NCBI RefSeq assembly: GCF_026210795.1 | Contig: NC_089436.1 | Coordinates: forward strand, 1,364,001-1,428,000 | From: Rhizophagus irregularis | Lineage: Eukaryota | Reading direction: 5' to 3' | Length of the DNA: 64,000 bases | Part shown: positions 31,111-44,513 of the stretch, piece after piece | Layout: every line of letters starts with the position of its first letter | Numbering within the stretch: the first letter of the stretch is position 1 | Position numbers and translations under genes: made by a program | Notes under the pieces: generated by a model | Seen by the model: only the letters and a program-made list of their open reading frames with translations | The model's database searches: none | Told to the model about the DNA's origin: nothing

Positions 31111-31909
31111 GATCACTTTCATTTATTGTTCTTTTTAGATTTTTCGTTTTATTGTGTCACAGATTATTGTTTCTTAGTCTTTCTATGGTATTTATTGATG
31201 TATAAATAGATAATGACTCGATGTGCACATGACCTTCGTTATTCTAGAATGAATACTGCTTCGTCCAATTCTCTCAGTCCAAATCTTATCATACGCTGAT
31301 TCATTCTATAGGATCAGTATAGAAACAACATTAAGTATAATGCGACATTACATAAATATTTTATCTGCATATACTATAGAATATTTATAAATGTTTTATG
31401 TATGATTCACATGTACTCTCACCTGCCAAAAGTATCCGGACAGCATCTTTTCAAAGAGGTTAATGTTATAAATTACATTATATTAAAATACTGAAAGTTA
31501 TTTTTTCTAACTAATAACATTAATAATAATTCATTAAATTGAAATATTATTAAATTATTAAATATTAATAAACCTATTAATTTTTAAAATAAATTAAAAA
31601 TCTTTACATATTAATAAAAATATATAATTGTTACTTAAATTGTTACTTAATTTTTGCGACATGTTAACAACAGCTAATTTTTACAATAAAAACATTAATT
31701 CTTGCGCCTAATAAAAAAAATAATAACGTATAAAAAATAAGTGTCAGTGTCGGAATTTTCGAGATTATGATTTGTCAGTATTATCTAATCGTCGGGTTTT
31801 TTGAATGGTTCCCATTCTTCGCTATATAATCTTTGAGTTGTAAACCAAAGGGTTCGTTATATCGAGAGCTGATAATACAATTGCGGTATAATTAACCCAC
31901 CAACTACAG

Positions 31910-33775
31910 CAGTCGCCACTGGGTATAACGAACCCTCCGTTCCAGAGAGTTTGGTTCGGTATAGGGTGAATTCGTTATATAATACTTTAATTTTATTTTA
32001 TTTTTTATTTTTATGTTTCAGACGAACCAATTCGAAGTACAAATTACAAGGACAACAAATAAATTGAGCCGAAAGTAATTCTATCACTAACGAAAAAACC
32101 GCCACAACAGGCAGTGACATCTGACCTTGAAGAAAAGCGAGCAACGGGAAGGATCCACGATCACCCCCAGAACTCACCCGCCAACCCGGAAAGAAACAAT
32201 CAAGAAAAATAAATAAAAAATTTAATGATCCGTATTTTTCTTTCGACCCGAAGGTCGCCACCCCTGTAAATACTGTCATAGGTGGAGTGATTCACACTAT
32301 TTGATATTGTTGGTGTTGTAAAAAATTAATTAGCGGTAGCTTGGAGTGATTTCATAAAAAAGCTACGACTAAAAAAAAGTTTTTAGACTCCTAAATGTAA
32401 AAAGGGAATTTTTAAATTGCCAAACTAAACAACCGGGAGTCGGGTTAAAACGATTATTTAGAAAAAGAAATATCTCCTCTGAGATATCATAGGGTAAAAC
32501 TCATATTAAATGAGTGGATAAATGTCACAATCCATGTCAGAAATGGACGTGTATCTAGGTCTTTTATCTATGTGTTTAAGCTCCAAAGAGTCTGAAAAGA
32601 AAATGTTATCAGTATTACGTTTGTTAGTCCGTAATTCAAAAGGTGATGTAAGTTCCAAGGAAGCTTTGTATAGAGGTATGTCGAAGAATTTGCTAGCGTC
32701 GAAGAGTTTCATACTTTCATATCGACGTAAATCTCATTGAATAGTTCGAGAGGGTCTTGTTGTAAAAATTTGATCCATTCGCTAACCTTGTTGTGGAATT
32801 TATGTGATCGCTGTGTAAATTCCTCGGTTAACAATTCTTTGATAGGTAGATATTCGATGGTGGTGCCAAGGAGTTTCGCATCCTGGGCCGCAGCTAGCGT
32901 GTATAAACTTTTAGCTTCAATCAATCGCTTGTTATTGTTTAAAATAGGTTCATTGGGAGAAATCTTTTTACGATGTTCCTCCATTATCTTGTTTAATTTT
33001 CGAGCATGAGAAGCCACCTGTTCTTGCTGCCGGATTAGTATGTCTTGTCGTTTACGGATGGCGGCCAATGTTTTTCGGCGTTCTTGCTCTTGTTTATTAT
33101 GTAAAGCTTTACGATCTTCCAGCAGCTGCAACCAAGTTTTACTTCCTGGTCGTATAGGTATGTTTTCACGTTTATCCTGATCGGATGCATATACCGGTAT
33201 ATTCGGTACGAAAGGAATTAAGTCCTTAGAGATTACGAAATTATAAGTGATTATTTGACCATCAATAGTTTCCTTATCATCTGGAACAGTGATGGTAGTC
33301 GTTCGAAATTTTCTTTTTCTAATAAATCTAGGGTTCGAAAAAGTGTCTTTTGGAGAAATATGTGATGGGAGTCAAAGATATTTCAAGTGTTGTATAGGTT
33401 TATCTATAGATTGCGATTCATCAAATAAGAATCGGTGTTGATGAGCGCGATTGAGACGGTCTTCAGGAGTTAAGGCGGGATCATGTTTGTTCCAATTAAA
33501 ACTCTTCTACAACTACGCTGGAATCATTTATAATACTTTAATCAACATACCGTATATAGATTCTACCAATAAAATCAAGTCACATGATTAAAATTATACC
33601 AATTTTAATTCATGTGGCTAATATATTTGATCAATAAACACGCGGTATATAGCATTTTACCATATAATTTCGTTATATCCAGTGTTATTAATTATAAAAA
33701 AATCGGTTCCGCACTATTTGGTTCGATAAAACGAGTTTTCGGTATATCCAGGTTCGTTGTATCCAGAGGCGACTG
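31910..33775. mobile_element. pogo/Tc1-mariner-type MITE interrupted by a retro-insertion
   Basis: Left CAGTCGCCACTGGGTATAACGAACC vs right reverse complement CAGTCGCCTCTGGATACAACGAACC (22/25); TA follows the right end; internal TTCGTTATA repeats. Confidence 0.75.
31992..33528 (-). mobile_element. 5'-truncated non-LTR retro-insertion (LINE 3' part or retrocopy) with a broken intronless ORF
   Basis: 14-bp direct repeat TATAATACTTTAAT at 31978-31991 and 33529-33542; decayed poly(A) (T-run 31992-32012); intronless ORF 32506-33520 with a stop and a frameshift. Confidence 0.8.
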
Positions 33776-34682
33776 TACACCCTATTCCTTTTTTAATCAT
33801 ATTTTTTTTTGGGTAATTTGTAACCAGCCTTCGGAAAAAATCCGGAAAAACATCGGTATTTGTAAAATTCCCCGAAAATCTAACATAACTGAGTAACAGA
33901 ATCGTGAAAACTTTCCCGGTTTTACAAGAAATTTTTCGGAGAATGCGACAAATTTAGTATAGATCGGACTTGTAACACTAATAACATTAATAAATTTCGT
34001 GATACGATAATTTTGTTGTTAAATAGTGCAACGGACTTTTGAATACCTAGTATATTAAGTATATTATTAAAAAAAAGTCTTTTTTGTTTTTTTTTCATTT
34101 TAAAAATGTTGACAAATTTATAATAAAATAATGTTCTTGACTTCTTAATAACATTATTTTTTTGATCTAAAAAAAAAATGTATATCGTATAATTTATGAA
34201 TGTAAAAAATTAAGCTCCATCTAGATATTTTGTACTCACAATAAAGTTTTATGAAAAGACGAAATAATTGATCGGCCTGCATGAAATTGTCATGCCAAAT
34301 GCGTGCGCAATGAGCTTTAGCGCAACGTTAAACCTCTACCAGCGTATAAAATCTATTCTAAAATCTGAACTTGTCGGATATCAATTATAGTATTCAAACA
34401 ATATGTGTAAAATATGCAATTCATATTATTTATTTTAATTGTGTATTACAGAGACGCCTTGTCATTTTTTACTTTGAGCTATACCGAATATTAACGAGTG
34501 TCTGAAAATTATTCGGTATCTCATACATTGCGATATACTGGTAAATTTTAGATTTCGGAATTTTCTATTTCCGAAACTTCCAATCTTTAAAAGATTCGAT
34601 TATGACAAGAGCATAAATAAACAAAATTTCCCATGCTTTCGTTTTCTTTCCTCTAGTTTTCTTTTTCTATCAATAGATAAAA

Positions 34683-36192
34683 ATGTTTCGAAGTATAATA
34701 ATTCTCATTACAATCTTCGTAATCATTATAGCAGTTTCTTATAATTGGCTATATGAATTTTATACTGTTCTTGGATATAATAGACCAAATATTAAACCTT
34801 ATGAAAATGGAAAATGCAGAATAATCAGAGGTGAACAAATTTCTTCTAAACTTTATTTTGTTTTTTTTATATATATAACTTCATGATAATCATATTGTAC
34901 AATATAAAGGTGTTGAAGCTTGTGAAGATATTCATATTCATCATCGTACTGGGTATGCTTTTATGACTTGCGGAAACGAAATTAAAAGAACTAAAGGTTA
35001 TTGGCCGCCACTTAGTACTTATAATTCCAATATTCAGACAAAAGATACGCCTTATATTTACGATATCAATGTAAGTTAAAATTATGTTATTAATTTTTTT
35101 ATTACAAATATATTTATCTTATTAATATATACATATATATATACACGTTTTTTTCTTAGAATGATAAACTCATTCCACTTGTCTTGAAAAATTTTCCTCT
35201 TGAAGAAGATTTTGCAACTCATGGATTAGGAATTTATGAAGATCCTGAAAATGAAAATAAATTATATTTATTTTTCGTAAATCATAAAAGATCTGGAAGT
35301 TGTTTTGAAATATTTGAACATACTTTACATACAAATGAATTAATTCATTTAGAAACAATTCAACATAAGTTAATAAATACTCCAAATGATGTTGTTCCAG
35401 TTTCAAGACACGAATTTTATTTTACTAATGATCATTATAATAACAATCCTACATATAAACATTTAGAACGTGAGTTTTTTCTATTATATAAATTTCATAT
35501 TTTCATGATTTTTTTTTTAAAAAAAAAACAATTATATTTATCTATTATTATTATTTTTTTTATTACAAGATATTTTGCCTCTTTCATGGGCAAATGTAGT
35601 ATTCCATTCATCAATCACGAATGAAACTAAAATCGTTGCTGAAATGCGGCTTCCTAATGGAATTACTTCGAATTTGGATAATTCTCTTATCTATGTTGCC
35701 ACAACATTTGGTTATGTTTTAGTATATGAAAGAAACAAGTATAATAACGAACTTGAATTAAAGGATAAAATATTCACAGGATATGCTACCGATAATCTTA
35801 GTGTTGATGAAGAAACTGGTGAAATTTATTGTGCTAGTAAGTTATATTTTATTAGAAACTAATCTTGTTTATTAAATTTAAAATAACTTATTTATTTATT
35901 ATTATTATTATTATTATTTTTAATAGTCTTTCCAAAACCATACATGGTTGTAGCAGCTCATGGCAAGGAACTAGGATATGCTCCTTTTGTACCGACTGGA
36001 ATATTAAAAATTAGTAATAATACTGAAAGGGATAATGAAAAATACTCTCTTAAACCTATTTTTGAAGATGATGGATCTTTATTTCAATTAACAACGATAG
36101 CCGCTGTAGATAGAAAAAGAAACACTTTACTCCTTGGTTCTTTTCGTTCTAAAGGTATTGTAAGATGTAATAGTTTAGAACCATTAATTTAA
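34683..36192 (+). CDS. Paraoxonase/arylesterase-like Ca-dependent lactonase, copy A (5 exons)
   Basis: N-terminal hydrophobic anchor; motifs ACEDI, HGLGI, FVNH, PNDV, TNDHY, PNGI, DNLSVD of PON-family six-bladed propellers. Confidence 0.92.
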
Positions 36193-36661
36193 ATACTAGA
36201 ATATTATTAGAATTTCTGTAAATCAATTATTAGATAATTTTATATAATTTATAATTTATAATTTTAATTACAATTTTAAAAAATTCTGTGTATGTATGAT
36301 TTGTATAACATGATGACAAACTTTGATCATAAAATACAATAAAGGATTTAAAGGATTTACCACAGTCTCTCCCTAAGCCAAAGTTAAAAACTTGTGTAAA
36401 CAACCTAGATTGTGAACAGATAAAATACTCATAAAATTATCCCAATAGTTTCAGACAAATTCGCAATAAGGAACTTGAATTCGAATCGTTAATAGCGGAT
36501 CAAAAAGAAGGATCAAAGGAACTTTGAAAAAAGTACGAACCAATCAAATTCTTACATATTCATGAAAAGAGATCAGAACCAATACTTCTTTGGCCTGATA
36601 ATGCTGCGTAACCACTTCACGGATATACTTGATTGGCAGTTGCATTGCAGTGATGGCCGAC

Positions 36662-36878
36662 GGGTCTGGCTCATTTCACCGACACCCGACAGTTTTGAAA
36701 TCCTAATCCACTTACTCTAACCTTATCCAAACTCTAATCCTAACCCTAATTTCTTACTTAACCCTAATTCTAATCCTAAATTCACTTGTCGGCGAGATAA
36801 TTGTCGGGGAAACATTTGTCTGCGAAATGACCGTCGGTGAAACGTCTGTCGGCGGTGAGATAGAAATGAATGCGACCC
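36662..36878. mobile_element. MITE with GGGTC...GACCC ends and a telomere-like core
   Basis: Imperfect TIR GGGTC-N5-TCATTTC, subterminal GTCGG(C/T)GA repeats, central degenerate (CCCTAA)n; not present in the duplicated arm. Confidence 0.65.
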
Positions 36879-37099
36879 ACCACTCGTAGAATAGTTATAA
36901 ACAAAATTTTTTTTACTGCAATAATGATAAATATGTTGAAAAAGATATTGACAAAGTTAGTGACTATTTGAACTTGTGCTCTATATCACAGTAAAAAACA
37001 AACTCAAATTGAATACTATTTAAATACCGGTTAAATAGTTCATGTAAAGTAAAAAAAAAATAATTAGGTTATTACAAATAAATTTACGAGTATCGGTAA

Positions 37100-37254
37100 G
37101 GGCAGTGACATTTATTACATAATATCCATTTACTATAAGCCCATACTCCCTCACCCCCATGTAATATGAAAAATCTTACGTTACACTTATATGTTATATG
37201 ACCTTTAAATACCCTCCCACCCCCTAAAATATTACGTAATAAATGTCACTGCCC
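37100..37254. mobile_element. PIF/Harbinger (Tourist-like) MITE
   Basis: TIR GGGCAGTGACATTTATTAC(A/G)TAATAT, TAA duplication on both flanks. Confidence 0.88.
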
Positions 37255-37428
37255 TAATTGATATCAAAAATTAAACTGTAGTTAAAAAGTTATATATGTA
37301 TGTACGAACATAATGTTTTAATTTTAATATGTAATAAATAAATACAAGTAAATGTTACTTTAACAAATAATGGTATTGAATACATAATTAATATATTTAA
37401 TCTTCAATTAAAGTAAACTTAATTTATA

Positions 37429-39228
37429 TTAGTTAGGATTTAGAGGTTTAATTTTAACCATTAATTCTTGACAGGTAGTTAATGCAGTAGATTTCGTTTT
37501 TAATGGCGCATTCTTATCAACTAATTCTACATCATACTTTCTATAAATCAATGCAGTTAAAAGTTTCAATTCAATCATTGCAAGTTTTCGTCCTGTATAA
37601 TATTTATTTAGAAAAGTGTGTAATTTAAGAAATAAATCTTTTAATAACGACATCTTAAATTAAGAAAAAAAAGATATAAATAATAATAATTACCTGGACA
37701 AATCCTTAGACCCCCACCCCACATGTTAAAAGCACATTTATGCCTCTTTTCATCTTTTTTCATAAATCTCTCTGGATCTACCTTCTCAGGATCTTCCCAA
37801 TGAGCTTTATTTTTATTGATAGCTGCAAAATTCATATGAAACATAGTCCTTGCTGGCCATTTATAACCAGCGATTTCGTCAGGTTCACTACTATATCTCA
37901 TCATCATGTTGATAACAGGTTTTATGCGAGCTATTTCATAGATAACAGCTTCAGTATATTTAAGTTTATCAAGATCTCCATTTGTTACTGGGCGCGTCGT
38001 ATCATCTCCAAGGACTTGATAAAGTTCTTGTCGTAATTTTTCTTTTATTTCCGGATTATGTTGAAGATAATAAGCAATAAAACTTAAAGAATTCGCGGTC
38101 TATTGTGATAAATAATAAAAATTATCGTTAAATCGGGGTTTCCAATTTTACAGATAATAATAAAAAAAAAAATTTTTTTAATACCGTGTCAGTACCACCA
38201 GCTATAGCATCTCCCATACTTCCAAGAATTTCTTCATCTGTCATAGGTCTCAAGAATTCTTCATCAACATTTCTAGTTTTATTGATATCACGGGGTGTAT
38301 TTGCTGTAATAAAAGAAGTCAACATATCATGTCTGAGAGATACATCTAATGGAGTTTCTTCAATTTCTTTTCTTCTATTTTCAATAATTTGTTCAAGTTT
38401 ACTATAAAAATAATCCCGATTTTTCAATAATTTATCTTGATGTTGTTTAAAGAAAGGAAAATAACGTCTAATAATAGTCGGTATAATAATAAAGAAGGCA
38501 TTTCCTAAAATTAACATTCGAAGAGATTTAATAAATGCTTCAGAATCTTCAATTGAAGCAGGAGGAACATCAGATTTTTTTTCACTTATTGTATTAAAAT
38601 AAGAAGGTAAAGAATAAATTCTTTTTCCTGTAGTTAAAACTATAATCATATCATTTGTAAAACGTTGCATCCAAGCTGAATAATCTGTTGGAGTATCAGG
38701 ACCAATATCTTTCCAATAATTTTCCATTTCATAAAATAATTGATGACCTTGATTTAAAGCTTCATTAGCAAAACTAGGTGTAAGTATAGCTTGAGAAAAA
38801 AATGTTCTATTATATTTCCAAGAATTATAATTATAATTAGTTATAATTCCAGTACCAAAATATTTTAAATCATCTAATTCTTTTAAATGAGGAAATCGAA
38901 GAAAATATTTAGTATTTTTTGAATGGTTTAACATATTTTCAATATAATCCCCACGACAAAGAATTATTCTTCTTCGTCCTAATAATACAACTTCAAATAT
39001 ATCGCCATATTTTTTATGTAATTTTAAAAACCATTCATCTAAATCTCCAGATTTATTTAAAAGATTTCCAATAATTGGAAGTGGTATTGGTCCTGGAAGA
39101 GGATTTATTCTGGTAAAATATTTATAATAAAAATGTGTTACATAAATAAGTATTGTAGTTAATAAAACAATTAATATGTCGGTTTTTTTAAATGATTCGA
39201 AACACATCGTTAGATAATTCATCTTCAT
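37429..39228 (-). CDS. Cytochrome P450 (3 exons)
   Basis: N-terminal TM plus PLPGPIPLPIIGN hinge, I-helix AGGTDT, EIAR (ExxR), DPERF, heme motif WGGGLRICPG. Confidence 0.95.
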
Positions 39229-40457
39229 CCTGTTAATTAAAAAGATTGAGTGGGCAATAAAAAGAGTAGGTGAGAGACCACTGTATTTAATACTTTATTA
39301 TATCTAATTTTCTCGTGAGAAGTTCTTGAGTAATACGGTGTAGGGTAGGAGGTGTTGTGTAGTGTATAAGCCCCCGCGTGATACTATACACATGTGATAA
39401 ATAACATAACCTAGCCAAAATTATCATAATGCCGGCCGGGGTGTTATTTATCACGTACGTTTGTTTCACTCCATTATATGTTACACACTGCTAAATATCA
39501 CCAATGGTTAAAACGGTTAAATTACATCCGATATATATATCGCCTGATTTTTTTATGTTACATTCGGATCATATCAGCCCATATCAGCTGAATTCTCATT
39601 TCCATAATATAATCAAAAAAATGACATGTGATTACGCGTAGGTAAGACGAATACCCAGAAGTAGTGCATCAATTTATCCGGATATCCGTTTACTATTAAT
39701 ATCCGGATAAATTATCGTCGGATTAACCGGATTTAAATTTTAAACACGGATCTTAAAGTCACGTGCTATAGTTATTGGCTGCGGAATTTTAGATAGTCAA
39801 ATACTGTTTTAATAATATACATTTTTCGGTTATTAACTAGTACAAATAAGCTTTATTGCGAACTGATTGAATTATGTGATAAATGCACTTATGCACATAT
39901 GTAATGTGTGACAGGTTAGGTCACGTGCAGGTGACAAATAATATCTTTCAAAAAATCCAAGTGTTTTCGAACTCTCGCCAGCACGTATTATAGTATGATC
40001 GACCTAACTTGTCACACATTATAGATGTGTGTGTTAAATATAACGATACTAATAAACAATATGACCAATGTTTGAGTCATTAAATTTTGGAATACAACGG
40101 CCATTCATAAGACCACTATTCGGATAGGTGATTGAAATTGATGGAATTGAAGGATCTATAAAATAATAAATCATAAGTAAAAAAATATAAGTAAAAATAA
40201 ATATCATTTTGTATAAACCTTTTATTATAATAAATACAAATTTACCAATTGAAATTGCGCAGCTATATCCATGAGTATCTAAAAAATATATACATATAGT
40301 ATATATATATAATATTAATATTATGAATATTATTCTAATCATCATTGGATTAAAAAAAAAACCTACCAGTAATACAATCATCATCATTGAATTTAATTAA
40401 ATCTAAAAAAAAAAATTTTATTTAACGAGTTAATATCAAATATCAATAAAACAACAT

Positions 40458-41996
40458 TTATAAATTCTTAAATACTGTACCATTTTTAACGAGAAATGGT
40501 AACCTTAGAATATGACTTTCATTCCAAATCCGTTGACTATGAATGACTTGTGGATATATTTGTTTTGATATGGTTAATAAACTTAAACATCTTTTTTCTT
40601 CTGCAGCTTTAAATCCAAATACATCTTTGCGATTTCCTTTAATCATTGAATTTGAAAATTTCCAAATTCTATTACGAACTTCTTCCATGGTTGGCCGCAA
40701 ATTTGGATCCGGATTCCAACAATCTTGAATAAGTTTAGCAAATGCAGGTGGTGTACCTTCAACTATTTTGGGTCTTCTACCTTCAATAATTTCATAAACG
40801 AGGTGAATGTCTTGTCTCACATCAGAGAATGGCATACGACAAGATGTTAATTCCCAAAGTATTATCCCAAAAGAATATACATCTGCAGCTTTTGAATATG
40901 AATTTCGACGAAGCACTTCAGGTGCCATATACCCAATTTTTCCAAAAATGCTATTATTCGTCTTTTGATTCGCAATATCATCCTCTTTCAAACATAGTCC
41001 TAAATCAGCAATCCAGGTCCACAAAATTCCGTAGCATGTAATATGATTCAGGATGTTACCGCTATGAAGATCGCAATGAATAAGTTTCTGGATAATATAC
41101 GAAGAGTATAATATTAAATTAATTTATTCATATATTATTTGAAACATAAGAGGTATAATAAATTGTAGTTCACCTTTCTATGAAGTTCTCGAAGAGCTTT
41201 AGCGATATCATGTGATAAGTGAATGATACGTTCCCATGACAATTCTTGATGATTCTTTTTAATATAAGAAGTTAAATCACCTGAAGTAAAAAACTGAATT
41301 AATATATATATATATATACATTATACTTTTATGTGCACATCGTTAAAACTTAAAACTGACCTTGATTTGCAAAGTTAGTAACCATCATATAACGTCCTGT
41401 ATCCGGATGACGAGTTACACCAAAGCAATGAACTATTCTTTTTACACCAATGCAAATAGAATGATGCTCAACCTTGTATAACAGATTTATACAGATATAG
41501 ATAAGGTAAGCATTTATTTTATTTATTTATTTATTTTTTTTGTTTATATTTTTTAAGTAAATTTTATTCATACTTCTTTGAGGAATTCTTTACGTCTTTC
41601 ATCAATACCATCACGTTTAAGAGTTTTAAAAGTAATCTTTCTTGGACCAGATGCAACCCATTTCATTAGTTCATTATCCCATTTCCATCTTGGACCTTCA
41701 ATCCAAGTAGCAGAATAAACAATTCCAAATCCTCCTTCTTTAATCTTCTCAATATTCTCAAATTTTTCAAAAGGGATCCATTCAAGATATTCTGTATGTG
41801 CATCAGCATTTAATTGAGTATTTCTTATACATAAATCTAATTCATGAAATTCACTCGTCCAATTTGGAAAATCATCTTGAAGACGTTTTGAATCGCATAC
41901 GGTACACCAAAAAAGTGCGTTATTATAAACTTTCTTACAGACTGGACAGGAATCACCTTTAGGAAATTCGTCAATCTCTTCTGTATTAACTGACAT
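40458..41996 (-). CDS. Tyrosine-kinase-like Ser/Thr protein kinase (4 exons)
   Basis: LEWIPFEKF, EGGFGIVYSA, IHCDLHSGNIL, IADLGL, GYMAPEV, DVYSFGIILWE, CW.PDP..RP; N-terminal CxxC...WCxxC. Confidence 0.92.
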
Positions 41997-43638
41997 TAAT
42001 TATGGTCTATGGAGTTTTATCTTGAAAAGAAAAAAAAATAAAGTCACTTAACGGAATGATAACAAATTTCCGTAAGAATATATACGAAAAAAACTTTAAT
42101 TCCGATTTCTGCGAGGCCAATTTGACGATTTTTTTTTTAAAAAAAAAAGCTTGAATCCTTCCAAGTGAAAGAAATTCTACCTCTTAAATATTAATGTCAT
42201 TAACAAAAAATTTTAATAACTGATATGATGATAATTCTCAATGTACTACGAAATAAAATTCGTAATACCATTAATTTATATTAATTGATTTTTTTATAAA
42301 AAAGAATTTTAGAAATTTTAGATATTATTCGTCCATCTTACTGTAAATATTTATTAATTAAAAAAAACATAATAAGATAAGAGCAAATTTTTTTGGTAAT
42401 CTATCAATTTTCACATTCAAAACCCAAAATCTGTTATTTAAAAGAAGCATTAATTTAACCATAAATAGTAATGAAAATTATTTAAAAATGAAATTTTTTT
42501 TCATTGTTTTTTTATTATTTGAGGGGGATACGTCGATCATTACATTATTTGGATGATTTTTATTGTTTTTAAAAAAATTATAGATAGAAGAATCTCAAAA
42601 TTGAATGAAACATTGAATTATTAATCATATCAGATATAATTAAAATTATAGCAAAAAGTTATCGATCAATTGATCCTGGACGACGGTCTTTTGAAAAGTA
42701 ATAATGAAGCGCTTTGAATTTTTTTTTTTTTGCGACGTTAACAAGATTAAGTAAAGATGAAATGACGAAAATAAAGTTTGGTTTCTCTGTGATAGATCAT
42801 AGATACCGAATAAAAGGTTCCAAGGCCCTGAACTGAATGAACTGATTAATTGGATTGGGGATCAAAATTTACTAACCTTGTTTGTTAGCGTTGTAGCACA
42901 AAAAAAATTCAACAATTATATACTTCCCAATTACGGAGAAACCAACGTCCAGAAATTGATATCCGATAATATGATCTACAATTCTGGCAATTCTGGATCC
43001 GGACCGAAGTAAGACCGATTGACTCTACTTAAAAGAGAAAAGTGAGGAAAATAAAAATAAATTTTTGAACTAGGTTTTCTTAATCTGTAAAATAATAGAG
43101 AAAACTCTTAAGAGACAATTTATCCTTTTAATTATAATAAAGGGTATTAGTGGGCTAAAATAATCGGAAGGACTTCGCTTGTCATTTATTATCATAGTTT
43201 AAATGGGCTGGGCTGAGGGAACTTTTTACCCGAATTTGGAAATACAAAGTTTAAAGTTTAACACATTTCTTTGTTAGCTGTTTCGTCTTTTACCTTATCT
43301 TGGTACAATTTTAGCAATTATTATAACAAAGTGAGTCCTTTTATTCAAAAAAAGAAAAGCAAGAAAAAAAGAACCAATTTTGTTACATGCATACAATATA
43401 AATGTTTCAAGTTTTAGCCGATTATGAGACAGAATTAGTTTAAACACTAATTGTTACTGCGGTCCTCCTCTTCATATAAATTCATCTTTGAATTTCCTTA
43501 TAAAATAAATTTATTAATTCTTCAAATCTCGCTGGTTGAGGTCAATATCATATATATTTATTTTTATTCAAAAAAATTATAAAATTATCTCTTAGACACT
43601 TTACATTTTCAAAAACTTCATTTTTACAAATAAAAACA

Positions 43639-44241
43639 ATGTACATACTTACACAAAAACTTGAAAAAATTTTTGATAAGAAAATATTATTATCGTCATT
43701 TCGACAATACGCTTTATTCTTTTCATTCATTTATTTTATATCAGTTATCATATTATTGTATTACATTCCTTCAGATAACCTTAAAACAGAACCAAATTAT
43801 AATGATGGAATTATAATTTCAAATCAAAATTTACAACAAATTTCTAGAAAAATTCCTTTATATACTATAAACATATCAAATAATACAGTTATTGGATCAA
43901 TAAGAATTTCTTCTTCAAAAGAGGAGAATAATAAATTCGAATTATCTGGTTTTTTATATTTTACTTATAATAAATCAAATATATATAATATGAAATATAT
44001 TTTGGTATCAGGTGAATCTTGTCATAATTGGAATAATATTACACAAGATATCTCTAATAAAGTTATTTTTAAATCTCGTCATCAAGGAACAAAGATTTTC
44101 AAAAAGATTAGAGAAATATCTTTTGAATCAAATAAGATCGAATCGGCAAGTCATTTTGTTATTATACAGAATTTTAGACGTAATTATAGACAAATAGCTT
44201 GTAATTCACTAAATAATGCGTCTAAAACGAACACTTTTTAG
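43639..44241 (+). CDS. Hypothetical single-pass membrane protein (200 aa)
   Basis: Uninterrupted ORF; hydrophobic segment at about aa 24-42 followed by a beta-rich domain with two Cys. Confidence 0.55.
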   Translation: MYILTQKLEKIFDKKILLSSFRQYALFFSFIYFISVIILLYYIPSDNLKTEPNYNDGIIISNQNLQQISRKIPLYTINISNNTVIGSIRISSSKEENNKFELSGFLYFTYNKSNIYNMKYILVSGESCHNWNNITQDISNKVIFKSRHQGTKIFKKIREISFESNKIESASHFVIIQNFRRNYRQIACNSLNNASKTNTF

Positions 44242-44513
44242 GTTAATTTAGATAGAAATATATTTTAATTATTTTAATTTATTATGTAGTTTAAAAAGAA
44301 ACAGTTAATAAAATGTTCATGTTATCACGTGGTTTACATGTGTGAAATCGTAGATACGGTTTGGTGTTGTAATAATGTTTTCATGGCATAGGGGACGCAG
44401 ATACCTAATATTCGTATGAGACTTGCCCCACATTTATCACCTAATGATGAATGAAAAGCATGGATGATAGAGAGTGGTTAATTAAGGATACAAAATGTGA
44501 CGCTGCTCTCAAA

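Noticed and set aside
32228..32292. Hammerhead or HDV-like ribozyme
   Set aside because: No CUGANGA core; no room for the HDV P3/L3 and no catalytic C in the junction. Kept only as an unclassified structure.
35170..35406. Antisense ORFs conserved in both lactonase copies (also 46293-46529)
   Set aside because: Shadow of the duplicated sense exon.
43639..44241. Cu/Zn superoxide dismutase-like assignment
   Set aside because: Only a vague beta-strand and Cys pattern; metal-binding histidines are absent.
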